A DNA stretch of 64,000 nucleotides from the human T2T-CHM13v2.0 reference genome, Homo sapiens, in the NCBI RefSeq assembly GCF_009914755.1, contig NC_060930.1, one strand, 5' to 3'. Below are positions 52,951 through 64,000 of this stretch, piece after piece. Below the pieces are notes generated by a model. That model worked only from the letters and a program-made list of their open reading frames with translations, had not been told where the DNA came from and ran no database searches. Position 1 is the first letter of the stretch. Every line of letters begins with the position of its first letter. The position numbers were made by a program, and so were the translations under genes.

Positions 52951-53319
52951 TAATATTGACTCAGTGCCTCCCATGTCCCAGGCATCGCCCTAAGAGTTTT
53001 TGGCATATCATGTAAGCAGGTTTGGTAGCTCTTCCTGTTTTGCAAATAAGGAAAGCAAGCCTCAGGGAGATGCCTCCTAGAACTGTTGTGAGGACCTCAT
53101 ACGGGTGACGTATGCAAAGCATGTCGCACAGCAGGGGCTTGCCACCAACTGTGCTTTGATTGTGGCTACTGTGGTGGAGGCTGGGGTCCCAAGCGCACTG
53201 CCCACCCAGAGCCTCTGGAACAGGAAGGGGTCAGGGAATCTGTCATCTCTGGGATTCAAAAAGGGCAAGTGCCTTCAAGAACAGTAAAGCCCGCTTCTGA
53301 GCCTGGTTTTTTTGTTTTG

Positions 53320-53371
53320 TGATTCCCAGAATAAAGCCTGCAGACACTCATAGGATTTAGGAGCCTCTGAC
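53320..53371 (+). repeat. Local direct duplication D, copy 1
   Basis: 52 bp, 5 mismatches versus 54175-54226. Confidence 0.9.
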
Positions 53372-54174
53372 CTGGAGCTGTCTTTATTTTGTCAGCTTGC
53401 CCTCCCCGAAGGGTCTCCATGGGCCAGCTACTGTACTGAGCACTTGACATGTGCTTTCTCCTATGTCTTTCCAGGTAGCCTATGGCTGAGAAGTGATTCA
53501 TCCATTCTAGAGGGGAGACATGAAGACTCAGAGCGGGGATGAGAACTGCCCTGACGCAGTGACAGAGCTGGGATTCCAACACCATCCAGGCCTCCTCTCA
53601 CCTTCTGTCTCTCTCCCTGGCTGTGTGTCCCCCTCCCATCATCTCTGCCTAGGTTTATTAATATCTCAATCTTGAGTCCTACTTTCCTCTAACTCCACAG
53701 CCCCACTCTCACACTGGGAGACAAGCCCTGGGACCCTCCAAGCAGCCCTCTCATAGTCCCCAGTCCCTGTACTTCTCACTGCCCTAAATGTCTAGAGAAA
53801 CTAAGAGAGTAGAGGTATTTTAAACTCCTTTAAAAATGAGTTAATTTGCTCTCATAAAAACCAACCCTTTCTCCCAAGGCAATAAGGGCAGCCTGCACCT
53901 TGCATGCAAATTTCCCTGCCTGTTATTTGACATAGGATCCTGTGCACATGTGCACCCTTGGGCACGATCAGACTAGCATAACAGCCCAGAGAAGGAGCTC
54001 ATGCAGGTAGACATCCACAGACACATGAGAAAACACTCAGAGAGATGGGTGTGAGTAACCAGACACAACACATATCACATATACTGACCCACAGATGCAT
54101 TCCCCACCCCAGGGGAGGCCAGCTCACAGCACACACTCTACCCCTACACAGAGACACAGAGGATCCTCCCCTCA

Positions 54175-54226
54175 TGATTCCCAGAACAAAGCCTGCAGAC
54201 ATTCATGCGATTTAGGAGTCTCTGAC
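54175..54226 (+). repeat. Local direct duplication D, copy 2
   Basis: Matches 53320-53371. Confidence 0.9.
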
Positions 54227-55860
54227 ATTCACTATCTCTATGTCTTTTTCTGCTCCCTTGGGGCACTAACTGCTTGTGCAGAGGCTGGGAGAGGCTCCCT
54301 GTGGCCATCTCTTCCTGTTGAAATGAAGGACATGGACTGGGGTTGGGTGGTGGTCATCTTTCTGGTGTGAGGAGAACCTTTACCCCGGCCAAGGCTGGCC
54401 ATGGGGCTGGAGGTGAGGTAGGGGTATGAGGGTGGAGGGTTGAAAATGCAGACGTCTAAACTCCCAGATGTGGCCCAGCGTTTCAGTTAGCCTCTGACCC
54501 AGGTGACCAGATCTATTCATTTCCAGCAGAATAAATTATCGATCAGAGTTGATTTTCTAAAGAAAATCCTCCCATGTGCACTCTAGCATAAGAAACAAGT
54601 GTTGGGGGTTGGAATCCTAGAGAAGGAAATCACTTGAGTCCCAGCCTCTGAGCTGGCACCTGTGTGGTCACCCCATCCCTCCCACAGACCATCACAGGAC
54701 CAGGGAATCAGAGCCAATAGGAGCCTCATCCCCAACTCCAGGAGGCCCCCAAGCCCCTGCCACCCTTCACCCTTACCTCAAGGAACGGCCATGGGCCTGC
54801 AGATCCGTGTGGGGTGAGGGATCTAGGGCAGTGTTTGCAAGCTTTTTTCTTCATTGTTGCCCCCAATAAGCCTTTTAAGATATTTTTTCCTAATTGTCTC
54901 CCTTGTAATTTTAATACCACAGATGCACTATATCTCTGTGGAGGTCCATATATCATCATAATAGCTGAGATCATTCCTCTTCCTCCCACTGAAAAAACAA
55001 TTTTTCCCCCACTAGGGCAATATTACCCTTGTCGAGGTATCCTGCTGTGGGTCAATGGGTTCCAGGAGAGAAAGCCCTGAGCCCAGCCCAGGGGAGGCCA
55101 GAGGAAGTCTGTTCTTCCATTAGAGGATTGGGGCATAGGGAACTGACAGCAAATGGGGAGCAACATGGAGTTCAGCAAGAATTATTCGGTCTCTGGAGAT
55201 TTATTAAAGAAAAATGAGCTGATTTTCTTGGTCTCCAACAAACTAAGGAAATTTCAGCAGTGGAGATGGATGCAGGCATCAGGAAGGACTTCCTGGCACC
55301 ACAGTGCTGATAAGGCTCTTGCTAATTACTTGTTTATTGATTGGCCGAGAGCAAGAGGGAGGCATTGTGGGGGTGGAAGAAAAGTGAGGTGTGGTGGGGA
55401 AGGGCACAGGACAGTGGACACTGCCTGGCTTGTATGCTCACTGGCACCAAGTTCATGGAGGAGGCACCAAATCACATCTCACATCTTCAAGCCTCAGTTT
55501 TCTCTTCTGTAAGTTGAGATGAAACCTATCTTGGAGTGCGGTTGTGAGTATTAAGAGATGTGATGTTGCAGAATGCCTAGTACAATGCCTGTCGACTGTC
55601 AGACAAGGTTAGCTCCTGTGTGGTCTTTGATTCCCTCCCCAGGTTCTTCCTCCAGCCTTCTCTACCCAGGCCCATCTTCTCCCACTGCATCTTCAAACAC
55701 CAGGTGTGAGTCAGGCATCCCTGAGAGTGTGTGCACATCCACCCTGCTGTGCACAGCTCTGAACTCAGGGCACTGCAGAATGGCTATGTGTTGGCACACT
55801 GACAATGTGCCAGACATGGCGCTAGGCATTTGGTATAAAGTGACTGACTTCATTTAATAC

Positions 55861-56415
55861 TGTTCCAGTTACCTTCTGCTGTCTAACAAACCACCTCCAA
55901 ACACTGGCTCAAAACAGTAACAGTTATTTATTTTTCACACAAATCTGAGAACTGACTGGACTCAGTTGGGCGGTTCTTTCTCAGGGTCTCTCATTAGTAC
56001 ATTAGTGACAGTCAAATGGAATCATCTCAGAAGCGTCTCAGTCACAGTCCTGACAGTCGATGCCAGCTGCCATCTGACCTCTATTAGGGCCAACAGTGGG
56101 AACATTTACGTGTGGCCTTTTCACGCTCCTTGGCTTCCTCACAGCATGGCATCCAGGTTCCATGAACAAGTGACCAAAAAGAGACAGAGACAGAGAGAAA
56201 GAGGGACAGAGACAGGCAGAGAGAGGGGTCACGTGGAAGTTCTGTCAGGTCACCTTTTATTGCCCAGCCTTGGAACTCAGGCAATGTCACCCCTGCCACA
56301 TTTGTTTGATCAGATGCAAGTCATACAGGTCAATGGATAGTCAAGGGGAATGAGACTCTACCTCCTGAAGGAAGGAGTGTCAAAGAGTTGACATGTATGC
56401 TTTACAGTCACAGCC
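55861..56415 (-). mobile_element. MLT1 (G/H-like) LTR
   Basis: 'tgttccagttaccttctgctgtctaacaaaccacctccaaac...tggcttcctcacagcatggc...agactctacctcctga'. Confidence 0.7.
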
Positions 56416-56583
56416 ACTCAGAATAATCCTGCAAGTTAAATATTATTATGCTCCATAGATAAATGAGGAGATTGAGATTTAGTACAATTATGTAGCTCAT
56501 CCAAGAAAGTCTCAGTTTCCCTTTGAAGTTTTTACTTAAAAGTAGAGGAGTGGTCTCTTTGTCAGAAAATTCTTCAGTCTGGT

Positions 56584-56860
56584 GAGGAAAAACAACCCCG
56601 CCTTGAGAAATACCCCCCATACTAGAGAGACACAGCTGTACCCAAGAAGGTCTCCAAGTCTTAGTGGAGACATAGACTTGTCCTCAAGGAACCCCAGCCT
56701 GAGGGGAGATATAACCCCATCCTCAGGGAGCCCCAGTATGAAGGGAGACATAGCCCGTTCCTTGGGGACCCCCAGTCTGAGGGAAGACACAGCCCCATCT
56801 TCGGGGGGCCCCATTCTGAGGGGAGACACAGCCCTGACTCAGGGAGCCCCAGTCTGATGG
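56584..56860. repeat. 39-bp tandem array, ~7 copies (L2-derived unit)
   Basis: Unit 'gaggggagacacagccc...ctcagggagccccagtct'; gives the 13-aa periodicity in ORF 56582-56857. Confidence 0.9.
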
Positions 56861-57859
56861 AGGACTCTGAGTCATTTATCTTCAGGGATTCTATGGTCCT
56901 ATCAGAATGGATTGACCCTTCATCATGAACTACCTGATTAGAACGCATTAAACTTGGTTTTCGTACCTAGTGTTGGACTATGGAGATTGTGTCTACCAAT
57001 TCTTTTTGTTGGAAAGTTTTAAATAATTTAATGAAGAAAAACTTTCATACATCGACTCCTCTAAAACTTTCCTACCAAGATTTTGGCTCTAATATACTGG
57101 AAAGGGACTTGGATTGGGAGTCAGGTGATGGAGTTTTACTCCTAGCCCTGCCAGAACTAAGCAGAATGTTTTGTCTCTCCAGACCTCGTCTTCTCCATCA
57201 TACCATGGCCATGGTAACCCTGGCATGGTCATCAGTGACATGTTGGAGACATTCCCTGCATGGAATGTATAGCTGAGTCAGGATTAGAACCCAGGCCCAC
57301 AGCCCAGGGATGTTGAGGAATGTCCCTACAGGAGGGTCAGTTCAAATAGGTAGAAGACCCACTGGGTTTCTGAAGGATGGGTGAGTCAGGATGGGAGCTC
57401 GGTAAGGAAGAGCAAATTCACACTCACCCCTCAGGGAGATGCCAGAACCCCATGTTTTCCTACATTTCCTCCTACTCCTACTTGGACCCTAGGAGCTTCT
57501 ACACTTCTGTGGCAGGTAGAGAGGAGGGTCATATGGTCCTTTAGACAGGCCTTTGAGGCTGGGAGCCATAAGGAGCTAGGAAGGGACCAGAGTTCTTTAT
57601 ATGGCACTTACTAACTCAGTATTTCCACTCTCTCACTCTAAGCTGGAGACAAGTCTGCATTCCATGGAAGTCTTAAAAAGCTGTTACAAGAATAAAATAA
57701 CTTGCATAGCTATATACTCACCTGGTAGGAAGAATTTGTTTTTTTTAATATTCATAGCAAAATTTGGAGTATTATTTCCATTTTTCAGAGGGGAAAGCTG
57801 AGAGTCTGGAAGATGCTGAGACCTGTAGTAATAGTATCAGAGAGCAATCAGGATTTTCA

Positions 57860-58100
57860 TTGTTCATTCATTCAGCAGCTACATGTTGCAGGCATGATAC
57901 TGGACCATGGCATGAATCAGAGGCCTAGTTCTTGCTCTCTTGCGGTGACCGTTTGAAGTGAAAAGACACAGTTTAAACAGGTGATCACAAGTGCACTAAG
58001 TATTTTACACAAGAACTGTAAAAGGAGCTGCAGAAGAGCACAAGAAGAGAGCCCACTGTGTCCAAAGGGTGAGGGAAGCTGCCTAGGAGAAGGATGTGCA
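57860..58100 (-). mobile_element. L2 3' region
   Basis: 'ttcattcattcagc...caggcatgatactgg...gggaagctgcctaggaga'. Confidence 0.55.
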
Positions 58101-58479
58101 GGCTTGTATTTCCAGAAAGAACTAGAATAATTCAACTCACTGACTTGGGAAAATATCAGTTGTTTACCTGTGTACTCTAGGCCTGGGGCCAGGGGCCATC
58201 TTCTCCCTTTGGGAACAGAGACATGTTAGGGTGGGTGAGCCTGGGAAGCTGAACTCATCACAAGGGAGAGGCTGATCTTAGGCCCTTGTGCAGAGTCTGG
58301 GCCCTGAAGGTGTGTCAGGACAGCAAAGCTCTCCAAATCATTGTGGATCAGTTAATGGAGATATTAACTGACACCTCCCCTTAGCCCTGTTCTGGGTGGG
58401 AGGGAACTCCCCTCAACTTCCAGACTAGCACACTCACCAGCAGCTCAGACATGGTTGGCATTTTCCCTATGATAATTCA

Positions 58480-58650
58480 TTCATTCCATGCTGTTCTCTC
58501 AGGGTCTTCCTATCAGTGCCTTAGTTTCTTTATCTATAAAATTAAAATAATGACAATCCCTACATAATGGTTTGTTCAAGGATTAAAAGGGTTAATACAG
58601 GTAAAGTGGTTAGAACAGCACCTGGCATGTGGTAAATTCTCAGCAAAGAT
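58480..58650 (+). mobile_element. MIR SINE
   Basis: 'ccttagtttctttatctataaaat...ttagaacagcacctggcatgtggtaa'. Confidence 0.8.
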
Positions 58651-58749
58651 TATATGTTATAATCATCAATGACAAGTTTTCCCACAGACAGGGGCAGGTT
58701 CACTTTCTCTGTTGAGCCTTTTGCAAAAGTGCGTGTGTAGTTTTTGGTA

Positions 58750-59480
58750 ATAATGAAGACAGTGATGATGCTGTAAAAAGTGGTTGCAATGGTGATAATA
58801 GTCTCCACAGTGACAGTGATGATGATGGTGATGATGACTGTAATAATTGTGGCGGTGATGGTGAAGATGATGATGATGATGGTAATAGTGATGGTGATGA
58901 TGACAGTGAAGATGACAATGGTAATGATGGTGATAGTGATGGTAAAGATGATAATGATGATGCTGGTAATAATGATAGTGATGATGATGGTGAAGATCAT
59001 GATGATGTTAATAGTGATGGTGATGGTGAAGATGACAATGATGATGGTTATAGTGATGATGATGGTGATGGTGAAGAAGATGATGATGGTAATAATTATA
59101 CTGATGGTGATGGTGAAGATGATGATGATGATGATGGTAATTGTGATGGTGATGATGATGGTGAAGGTAATGATGGTAATAGTGATGGTAAAGATTATAA
59201 TAATGATGGTGGTAATAGTGATGGTGGTGAAGATGATGATGATGGCAATAGTGATGGTGATAGTGAAGATGACAATGATGATGGTTGTAGTGATGGTGAT
59301 GGTGAAGATGATGATGATGATGGTGAGGTGAAGATGATGGTAATAATTATAGTGATGGTGATGGTGAAGATGATGATAGTAATAATGATGGTTACAGTGA
59401 TGGTGAAGATGACAATGATGATGGTTATAAGGATGATGTGATGGTGAAGATGATGATGATGATATAAGCAATGATGAAGA
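58750..59480. repeat. ~730-bp (GAT/GGT/AAT)n trinucleotide-type low-complexity array
   Basis: Recurring 'gtgatggtgatggtgaagatgatgatgatggtaata'. Confidence 0.97.
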
Positions 59481-60789
59481 TTCTCTGTGGTGATGATCGA
59501 TACATAGCAAGGAGCAGGTTGTGGACAAGTAGTTTTCATCATTGTCTTTCTATGACAGCTATGGGGAAGGCATAAATATCTACCAGTCATTTCCAGAGAA
59601 GGATCAAAGTTTAGGTATTTCTTCTCCCTTTTTCTGCCTTTCTTTGTTTCAAATGAAGAGACATTAATGAAGAAATTTATGGAGGGATGCGCAGGATTAA
59701 GAGAATTAGTAAGGAAGAGTGAAGTATCCATGTACTGGCAACAACAGGAAGCGGTTACTACACCTGTGTCCAGAGGGAAAAGGGAAGGGGGAAATAGCAT
59801 TGCTGGAGGCATTGGGTTATAGAGCCAGGAAAAAGAGCATAGGGCCAGCCACTGCCAAAGATGCTCAGCTGAAGCAGGGAGGGAGCTGGGAAGAAATACC
59901 CCCACTGCTGTCTCCCCTGCCCTTTGATTTCCTGCCAAGCTTCCCAATTGGACACCAAGGACAGGGAGGCCTGGATGGTAGTTTTTGTACCAGGCTCAGA
60001 AAGTAAAGGGATTCCTGGTGCAGCTTGGAGGGGCATGTGCTTCCCTCCTGGGTTCCAGTTTTCTTGGTGAGTCCCCCAGGGACATGACCCATGTCTCATT
60101 CCTCTTGGTGCCCCCTACCCCATCCCAAGCTGAATCTGATAACTAGCACACAGTGCATGTTTTCTGGATGCATACAAGACCTTGTTCCAGACAGGTAGCT
60201 CGCAGAGCCTCATCTTCACAAGTAAAAGAAATGTCACCCCCTCTTCTAGTGGCTGGTTCTATTTCTTTAATGACTCAGCTTAGATATCTTGATTTTTTAC
60301 CTGAATCACTCTAACTGAAATTGAAATTTCTCTACCCTCCCATTCCATGGTGGAGATAAGGCAGTAGCACTCACCTTTCTCTGGAGCCCCTATGCTGGTG
60401 CAGGGGCTGGATTGAGGCATCACCCCTGCTCTTCCAATGTGTGACTGAGGATGCTGTGGCACTGTCTGAATATTAACTATCAGTGACTGGGAGATACTTG
60501 TTGGGAAAAAAAAAAAAAAAAACTTCTGTTCCTGTAAAACACTGAAGAATAAATAACCCTAAAGGGTCTCCTTCAGCCATGCTTCCAGGGAAATTGAATT
60601 ATTTCAGCAGAGCCAGTCCTACTTGAGTCTGCTACAAGAGAGCAGACCTTTCTCCAAAGCAGCCCTGCCCCTTTCACTAGGCAGTCTCCAAGTGCACAGA
60701 TACCACACCCCCTTTCCTGCCCCTACCATGAAGAACAGACTGGGTCTGCGAGGTCTCAAACTGAAGGCAAACGGGGGCTGAAACTATTA

Positions 60790-61640
<851 letters not shown>

Positions 61641-62519
61641 ATTCATGGACTAAACCTAGTCCCCAGGTATATTTTGTTTGCCTACACAGTAACATTTAAA
61701 TATTTTAAATTCAAGCCCAGCATTTTAAAATGAACATATTTTTTTAAACATAAAAATTTGAATTATAACTTCTAAAATGATGGAAGATCTGACACCCTTG
61801 GGCCTCCAATTTCAGCCCAGAAAACCTGGAAGAAGCTGAATAGCACTTGCCCCTTTCAGCTGGGGCATGGGTCTTTCGTTCAACAGTCTCTCCTGAGCCC
61901 ACTTCATTCTACATTCCTGCCTGGCCCCTGCTGGCCCTGAGTTTGAGTCCCTGGGACAGTTGTTCCTGTCATCCATACTCAGTTTCCTGGGAACCCCACA
62001 GCCCCCTGGAGAGCCCTTCTTTCCTGCCTTCTCTGCATGAGCTGTGGGGAGCCTGGCCTCCCTTACATACCTTCTGGAACCATCCTGAGTCTCACTCTCT
62101 GGCACAGCCACGGAGTGAAGGAATTCTATCTGAAGACAAAAGCAAGGTGGAGGACAGACTGCATCCTGGAACCACAGAATTTATAAGTGAAAAAAAGCTA
62201 TGTCTGGGACTGGGCGGTGATTTGTCCTAGACCATGCAGCAAGTCTGCAGCAGAGCAGAAGCGAGAGTTGAGTTTCCTGAGTCCCTGGCCCAGTGCACCA
62301 AACTTCTTTGCAAGTTTGTGTAGAAAAACTTCCCTGGAAAAAGACAGTTTTTCTGTTATCCTCAAAAAAAAAAAAAAAAAAAAAAAAGTCCTACTGTGTC
62401 CAAATCCAGGCTGTGGTGGGAGTGTGTGGGCAGAAACCTGCATATTTTGGTGAATACAGCCCATCTGCCTCCCTCTTCTGGACCCTAACCTCCAAAATGC
62501 CTGTGATAGGGACAGAGGC

Positions 62520-62687
62520 CTCCACCTCATGGTGAGAGCGGCTCTATTCCAGTACCAGGCTAGGAGTTTCTTCTCATAGAGGTCATAAGTTGTCATTCTT
62601 CGTTGTTTTGGTATCCCTGCTGCTAGCAAAGCACCTAGTACCTAAAAGAGGCTAAATAAATATTTGTTGAATGAATGAATGAATGAA
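62520..62687 (+). mobile_element. L2 3' end
   Basis: 'gtatccctgc...aataaatatttgttgaatgaatgaatgaatgaa'. Confidence 0.7.
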
Positions 62688-63388
62688 ATAGCAAAAGCTC
62701 AGGGCCATATGTGATGAGCTCCAGGTGGCTGGCACAGTCACAAAACCTCACCTTCCCCTCCCAGCTTCCTGTCCTTAGGAGTCAAATCACCAAACACTTC
62801 CGTATGAGGGGTTCTGAGCTAGCTGGTTCCAACCCCTGTCCTTCCCTCCCCTCTGTGGACCGCTTCTATGCTTCAAGAGAGAGCCCAGAGGTAACTTCCT
62901 AAGTGGCTGTAGAAGCCTCCCCCCAGGATGCAGCCCCACTGCACATGGTCTCTGCTGGGCCACAGGGGCTGACTGAGGCACGGTGCCACATTCCAGTGCC
63001 ACAGAGATCAGGAGGAAATTGTCCCACTATTAGGACCCTTGATTTGTCTCTACAAGCAGCAAAGTTAACTAGAACAGTTAATTAATAAGAGAAATGTGCA
63101 GCATCTCAGTTATTTTTAATTCCTCACCTACATGAATGCATTTATTGGTTTATGTTAACACTAATTCATGCCCCAGTCCCGATGTCCTTACCTCAGGGTT
63201 GCCAGCTTCAGGCTGGAGGTGAAGGAACTTCTGCTGCTGATTTCCTAGCCCTTCAAATCATCTCTAAGTACCTTAGAGTCACATAAACAGGACATGTAAT
63301 GAGACAGCCCTACTTTGCTTTGATACTTTTAATTACCAGCCTGAGAAAGGCAGGGGAGAGGTGAGAGGCCCAGGTTAGATGCCTGGAA

Positions 63389-63497
63389 CCTGATAATGCA
63401 TGCATGTTACCTGGTGACACACAGATGTTGCCTAGTGATACACACCTGTTGCCCGGTGATGCACACATGTGGCCTGGTGATACACACAGGTGGCCTG
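63389..63497. repeat. 21-bp tandem array, 5 copies, E-box-bearing
   Basis: Unit 'cctggtgayacacasrtgtkg'. Confidence 0.9.
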
Positions 63498-63769
63498 CTG
63501 CAGAAACAAAGTCAAAACCAGCCAACTCTTCCCTGGGAACCTTCCCTGCCTCATGAGCACTGATAGTTGGCATCAGCAGAGATAGGAGAGCACACAGAAG
63601 AGATGTGGCATATGCCAACTCAAGGCACACAGGAAAAGGTTACCTTTTTAGCATCAAGATTCCTTCTCCCCACAGCATGCTGTGGATTCCTTAATGGAAC
63701 TTCCTTGGTGGCGAGACGCCAAGCCCCTGCTTTCTTCTTCCTCATGCAGTCATTCAACATTTGTGGAAT

Positions 63770-63950
63770 TAGTCATTCAACAAATACTTTTTGAGCACCT
63801 ACTATATGCGAGGCAGTGTTCTAGTTATTGAAGATACATCAGTGAACAAAAGAAGCATCAATCCTGGCCCTCATGGAGCATCCATTCCAGCAGAGAAAGA
63901 TAGACATAAACAATAAGCATAATAAATAAGTGCACTGCAGAGTTTGTTAA
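63770..63950 (-). mobile_element. L2a-like 3' end
   Basis: 'tcattcaacaaatactttttgagcacctactatatgc...gccctcatggagc'. Confidence 0.8.
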
Positions 63951-64000
63951 TGTTGGGGGGCAATTATCCATGGCCTTTTGAAATTCTGCACATCTCATTC

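Noticed and set aside
56582-56857. ORF with 13-aa SPSLRGD repeats (RGD motifs)
   Set aside because: Translation of the L2-derived 39-bp array; no evidence of coding context
58650-59947. 292-, 183- and 250-aa ORFs
   Set aside because: Trinucleotide low-complexity sequence, not a real CDS

Overview
Anthropoid-primate genomic DNA, very probably human, judged from AluJ/AluS, THE1B/D, MSTB, MLT1, L1M, L2, MIR, MER5/20/81 and Charlie4a. It looks like a gene desert or a very large intron. I recognise no protein-coding gene, tRNA or rRNA. The long ORFs in the track come from Alu, L1, a VNTR or low-complexity DNA. A large part of the window is interspersed repeat, including several nested insertions with visible target-site duplications. 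The unique sequence holds a small CpG-rich island with an RE1/NRSE-like site (~3.4-3.7 kb), a well-formed candidate 99-nt exon (4803-4901) and several motif-dense enhancer-like blocks. The most unusual features are: (i) five short, direct, spaced local duplications of different ages; (ii) an isolated 88-bp ERV-L integrase fragment sitting antisense inside an MLT1 LTR; (iii) tandem repeats that visibly arose from retrotransposon ends, namely a 30-bp VNTR from a MIR tail and three arrays of the same L2-derived ~39-mer; (iv) a 21-bp array with phased E-boxes. I found no convincing evidence of a novel multi-gene biological system. Repeat subfamily names and most boundaries were judged by eye from remembered consensus sequences and are approximate.
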